Positions 23,660-31,662 of a stretch of 49,851 bases of DNA are shown one piece after another. Below the pieces are notes generated by a model. It was not told the DNA's origin, did not search any database, and saw only the letters and a list, made by a program, of their open reading frames with translations. Every line of letters starts with the position of its first letter. Within the stretch, counting starts at the first letter, position 1. Source of the stretch: Gammaproteobacteria bacterium (GTDB taxonomy: Bacteria; Pseudomonadota; Gammaproteobacteria; Thiohalospirales; Thiohalospiraceae); NCBI GenBank assembly GCA_024277575.1, contig JAJRUX010000007.1:1-49851 (forward strand), in the 5' to 3' direction. The position numbers and the translations under genes were made by a program.

Positions 23660-24526
23660 AATATCTTTCTGCAGTCGTTTGATGGTCTCTTCATCGCCGG
23701 TCACGCTGTCGTTGAATGATTCAGACAGGTTGTTAATCTGGTAAAACTCAGAATAGATGGAGATGGCATATTTCATCCAGAAGCGTTTGGATAGCTGTAC
23801 AAAGATGGTGTTCGTTCCACCCAGCGGGATGGAAGCTTCCGCCTTGCCGCCATCTTTATCCTGCATGGCGGAAACAAACAGGGGGAATTTGAATCCTGCG
23901 CTGATTTCAAAAGGCAGCGGAAACCCCAGGTCAGTGTAGTAGTCATACTCTCGAACCGTTCCGCCCAGTTTTCCATAGACAATCAGGTGTTTCTCTTCAA
24001 AGCCGGCAAAAGGTTTGTCATCGACTGTTACACTGTCATGTACACTGCGTTGCCAGGCATCCGCCCCCAGAACCGCAAAGATGTTGGTGCGGTTACCGCC
24101 GTATCCCAGCAGTCCTTCCAGGCGCATCCCAAGATAGTCCGACGTGGTTTCAATAACTCCACCAGGTTGTGAATCACTCTCCATATCAACTCGCCCTGCA
24201 TAGAACTTTCCCTCCAGTCCAAAGACGGCACCTCGCTCATAGCGCTGAAAATTATCTGCAGAGAGCGCCAGGGTTAGCCGGGGGCCTGCCTCCGATGCTT
24301 TTGGCTCATTGGACTCCCAACTGAACCACTCTGTACCGATGCCTATTTTTGTGTATGAGTGAGGAATAAAGCCGTTAGCGGCCAGAGCGACACAAGGAAA
24401 CAGCAGCAAAACAACAATAATAACCACCACCCGGTTGCAGTAATTGATTAGAGAGTACCGAAAATATGCGGGGGAGAGTCTCGTCGGTTGAGAGCGCCTG
24501 GCGGTAGAGGTGTTTCCGATAGTCAT
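23624..24526 (-). CDS. putative outer-membrane beta-barrel protein
   Basis: A signal-like segment (VVVIIVVLLLFPCVALA/ANG) is followed by alternating beta-strand-like sequence and a terminal beta-signal (GLQLSRRF) ending in Phe. I recognise no family. Confidence 0.55.
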   Translation of the reverse strand: MTIGNTSTARRSQPTRLSPAYFRYSLINYCNRVVVIIVVLLLFPCVALAANGFIPHSYTKIGIGTEWFSWESNEPKASEAGPRLTLALSADNFQRYERGAVFGLEGKFYAGRVDMESDSQPGGVIETTSDYLGMRLEGLLGYGGNRTNIFAVLGADAWQRSVHDSVTVDDKPFAGFEEKHLIVYGKLGGTVREYDYYTDLGFPLPFEISAGFKFPLFVSAMQDKDGGKAEASIPLGGTNTIFVQLSKRFWMKYAISIYSEFYQINNLSESFNDSVTGDEETIKRLQKDISIFGLQLSRRF

Positions 24527-24748
24527 ATTCTACGGCAAAGGTCTGTGACTTGTTTCACATAATTATATCATATATCCCGCATCATCAGGATGAATTGGCA
24601 GATTAGGGCCTGTTACAGCAAAATCACCCTGACAGCCGCTTGATAACGGGAATGTCCGCTTTTCCAGCGTGATGAAAATGCCGGTTTCAGCTGGCCGGAC
24701 AGAGTTTCAGATCAAACTCCCCGACAAAACCTGCAATTACCTCCGGGC

Positions 24749-24776
24749 TTGACATGACAGATCCCGCCGCTAGAAT
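24749..24776 (+). promoter_or_regulatory. sigma-70 promoter of the tRNA operon
   Basis: TTGACA (24749-24754), a 16-nt spacer, then TAGAAT (24771-24776). The -10 ends 17 nt before the first tRNA nucleotide. Confidence 0.6.
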
Positions 24777-24793
24777 ATGCAATTCGCCAGTAA

Positions 24794-24869
<76 letters not shown>

Positions 24870-24962
24870 AATTGCAATAGAAACCTCGGTGACATCCGAA
24901 GTGTCTGCCGGGGTTTTTGTTTGGCTGCGCATGGAGTCGTCAGTCTCCATTACACCTAATAT

Positions 24963-25036
24963 GGCTGGGTGGCAGAGTGGTTATGCAGCGGCCTGCAAAG
25001 CCGTCTACCTCGGTTCGACTCCGGGCCCAGCCTCCA
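24963..25036 (+). tRNA. cysT: tRNA-Cys (anticodon GCA)
   Basis: 74 nt. The acceptor stem is GGCTGGG/CCCAGCC, the anticodon loop is CTGCAAA, the T-arm is GGTTCGACTCC, and CCA is encoded. Confidence 0.95.
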
Positions 25037-25117
25037 TCATTCTTCCTGTTTACTCCCGAATCCGGCGTGACTTTCGCAACGGGTATCCGTACAATTCCGG
25101 TTGCTGTAAAGGTGTAA

Positions 25118-25204
25118 GCCCGGGTGGCGAAATTGGTAGACGCAAGGGACTTAAAATCCCTCGGTGGCGACACCGTGCCGGTTCGATTCCGGCCCCGGGC
25201 ACCA
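25118..25204 (+). tRNA. leuZ: tRNA-Leu (anticodon TAA)
   Basis: An 87-nt class II tRNA with a long variable arm. The anticodon loop is CTTAAAA, the acceptor stem is GCCCGGG/CCCGGGC, and CCA is encoded. The gene order Gly-Cys-Leu matches E. coli glyW-cysT-leuZ. Confidence 0.95.
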
Positions 25205-25725
25205 ACTCCCGTTCTGGCAGATTCGCCAATCTCTTCTGAGCTCGTGTAAACGCCGGATTTTCATCCGCGAAAATCAGGGAGTTGTACTCATCTAGAAGAA
25301 TCCGGGTGATTTGGGAATAGATGCGTCCGCTATGAAATTGCGCGATTCTGGGGGAACAGTGGCCGCGGGAGCGTCAGTTGTCGGACTCTATATTATACTC
25401 TCCCTGATACCGGAGAGTTCAGCGAAAAGCCTGGCAGGCCCGGTTATTGACGAGGCCCTTTGATTTTTTGAAACAATCAAAAATCCGAGTATTTTCCGTC
25501 CGCTTTTCAGCCTCCCCGATGCGATTATTTTCAACAGAAAACTGAGCTATGTTATCGGATGTCAGTGGGCCTTTTTCATCTGAAAATCGACGTTCCATCA
25601 CTCTGCTTGAGAATGACCTGAGCAACGTCGCAGGCATTATTTACAACAATTTCTCTATCTTTTCCACATATACTCCGGTCTGGGTTGAATACCCTGTCAA
25701 TCGGAGCGATGTAGAACCACAGGGA

Positions 25726-27435
25726 TTATCCGGTCACGCGGTTGGGTCGATGGGTTTTGCCTTCTGGAGTTCCGGTTTTTGCTCTGTTTTGATCCGGTTC
25801 TGTTACCAGCATTCTGGCCAGTGTTTCGTTATCGGGTAGTTGGGAAGATTCTTCTGTGCCGGCGTATTTTTGCAGAATCTGCTCGCTGTTCTGGCGAAGC
25901 TGTTGTTGCTGTTGGTGCAGTTTTTCGATGATCTTCCGGGTTTGGGTGTCAATTTCCGACAGGCCGCTGGTGAGGCCGGTTTGCAGTCCGCGCAGGGCGG
26001 CTTTTTGCAGGGAGGGTTTGAGTTTGCGATGGGCGAGCCAGGGGATTAACCACGCGGTAAGCACCAGAAGCAGGCTGTGGGTGGTGAAGTTGATGCCCAG
26101 GTACTGTTCAGGCGCCAGGGCGCTCTGGTAGTAGCCTACAAATACCCGGTAGCCGACCCAGCTCAACGCGGCCAGGGGCAGGAGGGTTGCCAGCAGGCCG
26201 GTTGAGCGATAGATGAAACGTTGCAGTGCGGTGCCCGGTTTGAGCAGGGCACTGCGCAGTGATGTTTGCAGGTGGTTCTCTATCCACCCCCTGGCGTTGT
26301 CGCGGATCTCCGGCAGTCCTGCTCGCAGGGGGGCGGTGGGAACTGTCTGGGAGTCGGCTTCGACAATCAGGTTGTCGAGGGCGTCATCCAGCCGGGTTTG
26401 TGCCCAGTTGTCCCACATCTGTCCGGTATCGACAGCGGGTTTTTTCTGCGGCTGTTCGGGTTCGGTTTTTTTCAGGCGTGGCAGAAGGCTGCTGTCCCGG
26501 GCTGCAAAGGTTTCCGCCATGCTTTCAATTTTCCAGGCCAGGCCCTGTTCCAGTTCCATGGAGGTGGCCTGCCATATCTCCTGCCAGCGCTGTTCCAGTG
26601 TGGTGAATGATTCGTCGGTACCGATTTTTTCCGCGGTCTGTTGCAGTGCCTTGCGCAGCTCCTGCATGCGCAGTGAGATGCCCCGGGTTTCCAGTTGTTT
26701 GATGGTGTGCGCGTTTGCCAGGGAACGGATGGTTTGCGCCAGTTTCTCAAAATCGTCGGGGGCACGCTCTTTTTCGCGGCTGTCGGTACAGAGGATGATG
26801 GGGTGTTTGAAGCCTGCTTCGTTCAGCAGCCGGGTGAAGTCTTCCCGCTGTGACTCCCGACCCCTGTCCCACTGGTTGATAACAAACAGCCAGGCATGGC
26901 GATGGCCGTGTTCGAGCAGCAGGCGCCAGCCGCGATCATCCCGGTAGCGTTCGGGGCTGACCACATAGATCAGCACATCGATGTGCGGCAGCCACTCCAG
27001 TACCAGTTCCCTGTTGCGGGTATCAACGCTGTCGATATCCGGCATATCGATCCAGAGAATGTCGTGGTTGTTATCCTCCTGGTGGAGGGCGATCTTGACC
27101 TTGTCCACCGGAAACTCTTCGGGCAGATTCTGAATCTGTACCGATTTGTGAACGTAGATGGTAACTTCGCGGGAGGTAGGGCGTTCGACGCCGGTGCGGG
27201 CAACGGCCTGTCCGGCGAGGCGATTGAGCAGGCTGCTTTTGCCCACACCCGTGCCGCCGAAAAAGGCCACAACCAGCGGGCGTTGGGTGCCGCTTTCAAA
27301 CAGCTCTGCGGGTGTGCGCGCTTCTGCAGATTCAATGTTTTCCACATCGGCTTCAGACAGCCAGCCGGATTGCCGCGCCTCCTGTGCCCAGGCATTGGCC
27401 TGCCGGTAAAACTGATGGAGTTGGTCAGTTGCCAT
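25726..27435 (-). CDS. large membrane-anchored P-loop GTPase (dynamin-like architecture), partner B
   Basis: GTPase motifs: G1 FFGGTGVGKSSLLNRL, G3 WIDMPDIDS, G4-like FVINQWD. A long helical region follows, with two TM-like helices (LLATLLPLAALSWVGYRVFVGYY and HSLLLVLTAWLIPWLAH). The ATG lies 11 nt inside the end of the upstream ORF. Confidence 0.8.
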   Translation of the reverse strand: MATDQLHQFYRQANAWAQEARQSGWLSEADVENIESAEARTPAELFESGTQRPLVVAFFGGTGVGKSSLLNRLAGQAVARTGVERPTSREVTIYVHKSVQIQNLPEEFPVDKVKIALHQEDNNHDILWIDMPDIDSVDTRNRELVLEWLPHIDVLIYVVSPERYRDDRGWRLLLEHGHRHAWLFVINQWDRGRESQREDFTRLLNEAGFKHPIILCTDSREKERAPDDFEKLAQTIRSLANAHTIKQLETRGISLRMQELRKALQQTAEKIGTDESFTTLEQRWQEIWQATSMELEQGLAWKIESMAETFAARDSSLLPRLKKTEPEQPQKKPAVDTGQMWDNWAQTRLDDALDNLIVEADSQTVPTAPLRAGLPEIRDNARGWIENHLQTSLRSALLKPGTALQRFIYRSTGLLATLLPLAALSWVGYRVFVGYYQSALAPEQYLGINFTTHSLLLVLTAWLIPWLAHRKLKPSLQKAALRGLQTGLTSGLSEIDTQTRKIIEKLHQQQQQLRQNSEQILQKYAGTEESSQLPDNETLARMLVTEPDQNRAKTGTPEGKTHRPNRVTG

Positions 27436-29191
27436 CTTTTAGTTCCCGTAGTTTCTGTTCTGCGGCTGCAAGTTCTTCAGCCGGGATCCGGAATCGCTGT
27501 GCGGGATCAGCCCGCTCTTTCAGGCTGATTATCTCCTGCTGCAGCGTGGCGATCAGCTCTGTTGAAACCATATCCAGCTGGCGCTGCTTCAGCTCTGCCG
27601 CCACCTTGTTCATGTAACGTCCCAGCGTGCTCTCGGCCAGCATGCTGGTCAGCGACAGCATGGCGGGGGCAACGATGAGATCGTGCAGGCTCAGGCCGCC
27701 CGACTTCACTGCCAGCACCACCGCCGCCGCATCGGCGGTGACGCGTGCTGCTCTCAGGCTGTTGAGTGTGGCGGGCTGTTTTTCGAGCTGCTCGTACAGG
27801 CTGCGTGCGCTGCGTTCAATTTCCGGCTGGAATTTTTGCTGGTAGCCGGTGACTGCCTGCGTGAAGTGTTGTTCAATCTCCGGACGTTCGTTTCGCAGGG
27901 TGCGGGCGATGGTTTTCCACCAGCTCTCCTGTCCCGCCTCGGTTTCGCTGATTCGCAGCGCCTCTTCGGCAAGGTGAACCAGGGTGTGATGACAGATCTG
28001 GTTCAGCAGCCGTTGCTCCTGGTTGCTGTCGCGCAGCTCGGCGGTTTGCTGTTTGCCGAACAGGGATTTTCCGGCGCCGATGATCTGGCGCAGTGGCCAG
28101 GTGATGGCCTGGCGCGCCTTGTTGAGCGAGTCGGCCAGAATCGGGATCTCCAGCAGCGACAACAGCTCCGCAATGGCCTGCTGGAAGGTTTCGTAATTCT
28201 GCGGGTGATCGAGATAGTCGCGACGGTAGTCGCCCAGGGCGGCTTCCATCGCCTGCTGTACCATCTCTTTCCATGCCTCATCGGCGGCGTGCTCCGCGAC
28301 AATCGGTCTGATCCACTCCTGCCAGTGCTGATCGATAAACGCATAGGTGTAGCGTTGCTGGGTGCTCCGTTCGATGCCGGCGAGTGAATCGGTCAGTTGA
28401 TTGCGCAGCAATTCTGCCTGTTCGGGATCGATCCCGTGACCGGATTCGTCCAGATTCTTTTGGTACGGAAGCGTGCGGATGGGAAATTTGTCTTCGGCAA
28501 TACCGGCTTCCCGCAGGTGGTTGCGAAAGGAGTTGAGAATGACCGGCCGGGACTCTTCGCCGAGCTTGTTGATGCAGACCACCAGCGGCCTGTTGAGCGG
28601 GAGCAGAAGTTTGAGTGTATCCCATACCCGCTTGTCGGCATATTTGTCCTTGCTGACCACCAGCAACAGCAGATCTGCCAGGGCGGCGGTACGCAGTACG
28701 GCATCCCGGTAGCCGCTGGCGTCGATGGAGTCAAAGTCCGGCGTATCCCAGATGACACTGGGGGGCAACGGGCCTTCACCCGCTTCTACCAGGGCGTAGG
28801 CATGGTAGGGGGCGTTTGCCAGATTGGCGAGTGCATGCTGCTCGTAGCCGGGGAAAAACTGTTGCAGCCAGTCATGTTCGCCGGCACAGTTTCCCAGACA
28901 GAATCCCTGTGGATGGACGGTAAACCCCGCCAGTGCGCTGACGCCGGCCAGCGGTTTGTCCAGCAGCAGGTTGACCACGGTGCTTTTTCCCGCCTGGGTC
29001 GGGCCGATAATGGCGATCTGGGGTTTGTGCTGTGGATAGTCCCGGTTGATCTGCAGTTTGCGCAGTGCTGCTTCTGCCAGCGTCAGCGAAGCGAGCGCGT
29101 TTTCATGGGGGGGGGGCTGGTCTTCGCTGCTGCGTTTCCATTTCGCCACGCTCTGGTAACGCTGAATCAGGTGATCAATAAAGTCGCGCAT
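27425..29191 (-). CDS. large P-loop GTPase (dynamin-like architecture), partner A
   Basis: GTPase motifs: G1 IAIIGPTQAGKSTVVNLL, G3 VIWDTPDFDS, G4-like VVCINKLG. About 380 aa of helical sequence follow, including a hydrophobic segment (AAAVVLAVKSGGLSLHDLIVAPAMLSLTSMLA). The start is uncertain. I chose the ATG at 29191 (MRDFIDHLIQRYQ); the ORF track starts at 29320. Confidence 0.78.
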   Translation of the reverse strand: MRDFIDHLIQRYQSVAKWKRSSEDQPPPHENALASLTLAEAALRKLQINRDYPQHKPQIAIIGPTQAGKSTVVNLLLDKPLAGVSALAGFTVHPQGFCLGNCAGEHDWLQQFFPGYEQHALANLANAPYHAYALVEAGEGPLPPSVIWDTPDFDSIDASGYRDAVLRTAALADLLLLVVSKDKYADKRVWDTLKLLLPLNRPLVVCINKLGEESRPVILNSFRNHLREAGIAEDKFPIRTLPYQKNLDESGHGIDPEQAELLRNQLTDSLAGIERSTQQRYTYAFIDQHWQEWIRPIVAEHAADEAWKEMVQQAMEAALGDYRRDYLDHPQNYETFQQAIAELLSLLEIPILADSLNKARQAITWPLRQIIGAGKSLFGKQQTAELRDSNQEQRLLNQICHHTLVHLAEEALRISETEAGQESWWKTIARTLRNERPEIEQHFTQAVTGYQQKFQPEIERSARSLYEQLEKQPATLNSLRAARVTADAAAVVLAVKSGGLSLHDLIVAPAMLSLTSMLAESTLGRYMNKVAAELKQRQLDMVSTELIATLQQEIISLKERADPAQRFRIPAEELAAAEQKLRELKDGN

Positions 29192-29386
29192 TCGTGTCCA
29201 TGACTGGCAGGTTTTCCGTATTGTATTTGTTTCTTGCCGGTGTGGGAATGGTGAAATATGGTGGGGTGGGAAATCAGCAGGCAGCAGGAAAAATTCATTC
29301 CGTACTGAAATCTTAATCATTGTGCTGATGAGGTGCTATACTTTTGCGCTTTCAGTGCTCGCTTCTATTCTAATGGTGAGGTTGCC

Positions 29387-31603
29387 ATGTCAAGATATCT
29401 TCCGTTACTCCCCCTGTTTATCGTTCTGTTCTCCGCTCAGAGTCATGCCGAGTCACCACAGATAACCCTGTCTGAGGTTGAGCAGGTTCTGAATGAATCC
29501 GGGGGTCGTTTACAACGTTTGCTGGATGAGACGCTGAAAACAGATCTTGAGGCGCTGGATATTTCCTGGCAGATGGAAGAGCCGGTTTACGAGTTTTCCG
29601 AGCAGAATATTCTGCTCGATGAGGGATGTGACTCCACCACCATTCTGAAACAGATTCAGGGAGTATTGACGTTGCGCGACAGCAGTGATGCGGTTCTGGA
29701 ACTGGTTACGCTGGCCGAACCCGCCACGCTTTCGTTCACCCTGAATACGGATCTGGATGCTATTGGCAAGGTCAAGCAGGACTGGGGTGTTTTTGGTTTT
29801 GGCAGCTGTACCCGTTACGCGGAATACGGTTTCAATTTTGTTGCGGACGGGGAGGCTGTGGTGGGTCTGGATATAATCATCACTCCACAGATAGAGTTCG
29901 TCGACGAGGGAATAAAATATACGCCAACGTTTTCGGTGCAGACCCGGATAGAACATATCTCCTACAACATCGATGTGGATGATGATGCGTTTGCTTCTCT
30001 GGTCAGGGAGGAGATAGACAGTGCCATTCAGCCGTTTCTTGATCAGGCGGTCATGGATGATTTTTCTGCTCAGCTGGAGCAGCGGCTTCAGCAGTCGGTG
30101 ATTCGAACCTGGGGGGACGAATATATCGTTATTCAGCTTCCAGAACTGGATAAGCAGCGTATTAATGAGCTGGTTGTCCGGTTTGAACAGGAGTATGAGA
30201 GGTATGTAGAGGATGAGTTCTATCTGCAGAACAATCTGGCTGAACTCTACTACGTCTTGTTGAGCGGAGATGACGAACTTTGGGACAATCTGCTCAATAA
30301 CAGCGCTATTTGTGAGCTCAGTGAGAACCTGATGGTGGAGATGCCGTCCGAGCCGCTGTACCGGCAGAGCGGGGTGGAGTGTCTGCCGGTTGATGAGGCA
30401 GGGCTTTCCATTGCCGGCAGCTATTTCAGTGACGCCGCCTGCCAGCAGGTGGTGAACTACAAGCCGCAGAGTCTGAGTGAATACTGCGCTGAAATTGCTG
30501 ATCTGGCTCTGCCTGATCCTGATCGTTCGCCCGTGCAGCTGGGTGGCTCACTGTCCTGGTATCAGTCTCCCGCTACCCGCCTCGATATCGGGGTTGAGTC
30601 GATAGCCGGGAATCATCGTCCCTATGCATCCCGTACCGTTTACAAACAGGTGGAGGGAGAGCGGGGACAATGTGCGCTGGAGATGCGTGTTTACAAACGC
30701 TCCATCGCCGCTACCGATCTCAAGCCGCTGTTGATGCTACATGGAGGAAGTTGGGAGCGCCGCCGTAACGGGATAGTGGCGATGGAGTCGCAGATCTCCA
30801 GTTACACTGAGCAGGGTTTTGTTGTGTTCGCGCCAACCTATCGCCTGGTCAGTGAAACCGAGGGTGATCCCGCCTGTAACGGCGCCGGTGGTAAGCAGAT
30901 CGTTGCCGATATCAACGATGCCATGAACTGGGTGCAGGAGCATGGCGTTGAGTACGGTGCTGCAGCCGAACCGGTTGCTGTTTTTGGTCAGTCTGCCGGC
31001 GGGCATCTGGCGTTGCGGCTGGCAGTTCAGCGCCCGGAACAGATCAGCCGGATGCTGCTGCTCTATCCGGCCACCGATTTTGCGGATTTTCTCGGCAAGT
31101 GGCGGATGGGAGAGCTGGGGGAACAGCCTGACGGGCTGGAGGCGCTGCAGGGTTTTATTGGAACCTCGGTGGATAGCGTGCAACTGACCGATTCTGCGAT
31201 TGTTGAAAACAGTATTCCCGCCATGATTGCCGAACAGCCGGAACGGTTCCCGCCCATGTTTGTTATTCATGGCAGTGGTGACAGCCTGGTTCCGGTGTCG
31301 CAATCGATGCGTCTGTGTAATGCCCTGGCTGGCGATCCGGATCAGGGCCCGGTGGGTACCCTGTACACCAGCGTGGCTGAAGGCTACAGCCAGTCCTTTG
31401 CCTGTGATCAGCGCGGGAGTCAACTGCATATTATTACCGCGGCAGAACATATGCTGGATGGTTGTCTGTTTTCGCTGTTGTGTCCGGCCGGGGGAGTGGA
31501 GAGCCAGCGCGCAGTACAGGACTCATTGCGGGCGGGGCGTGACTGGCTGGTTGAGCGGACGACGGCTCCGCTTCCTGCCGGTCTTTTGCGAGAGTGGAGA
31601 TAA
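29387..31603 (+). CDS. secreted protein: unknown Cys-rich N-terminal region of about 450 aa plus a C-terminal alpha/beta-hydrolase (esterase/lipase-like)
   Basis: Signal peptide MSRYLPLLPLFIVLFSAQSHA/ES, from the ATG at 29387 with GGTGAG upstream. The hydrolase domain has the oxyanion-type LMLHGGSW, the nucleophile elbow VFGQSAGGHLA, the acid VIHGSGDSLVP and a His in TAAEHMLD. Confidence 0.8.
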   Translation: MSRYLPLLPLFIVLFSAQSHAESPQITLSEVEQVLNESGGRLQRLLDETLKTDLEALDISWQMEEPVYEFSEQNILLDEGCDSTTILKQIQGVLTLRDSSDAVLELVTLAEPATLSFTLNTDLDAIGKVKQDWGVFGFGSCTRYAEYGFNFVADGEAVVGLDIIITPQIEFVDEGIKYTPTFSVQTRIEHISYNIDVDDDAFASLVREEIDSAIQPFLDQAVMDDFSAQLEQRLQQSVIRTWGDEYIVIQLPELDKQRINELVVRFEQEYERYVEDEFYLQNNLAELYYVLLSGDDELWDNLLNNSAICELSENLMVEMPSEPLYRQSGVECLPVDEAGLSIAGSYFSDAACQQVVNYKPQSLSEYCAEIADLALPDPDRSPVQLGGSLSWYQSPATRLDIGVESIAGNHRPYASRTVYKQVEGERGQCALEMRVYKRSIAATDLKPLLMLHGGSWERRRNGIVAMESQISSYTEQGFVVFAPTYRLVSETEGDPACNGAGGKQIVADINDAMNWVQEHGVEYGAAAEPVAVFGQSAGGHLALRLAVQRPEQISRMLLLYPATDFADFLGKWRMGELGEQPDGLEALQGFIGTSVDSVQLTDSAIVENSIPAMIAEQPERFPPMFVIHGSGDSLVPVSQSMRLCNALAGDPDQGPVGTLYTSVAEGYSQSFACDQRGSQLHIITAAEHMLDGCLFSLLCPAGGVESQRAVQDSLRAGRDWLVERTTAPLPAGLLREWR

Positions 31604-31662
31604 TCCTGGATACTGACGGGACAACCGATGAAGTTTGAGTTATCCCATGGAGGGAATCACTA

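Noticed and set aside
25419-25637. A 72-aa minus-strand ORF (MPATLLRSFSSRVMERRFSDEKGPL...) downstream of the GTPase operon.
   Set aside because: I recognise no motif and see no clear ribosome-binding site. It lies in a lower-GC spacer that looks degenerate. I kept it only as part of the spacer finding.
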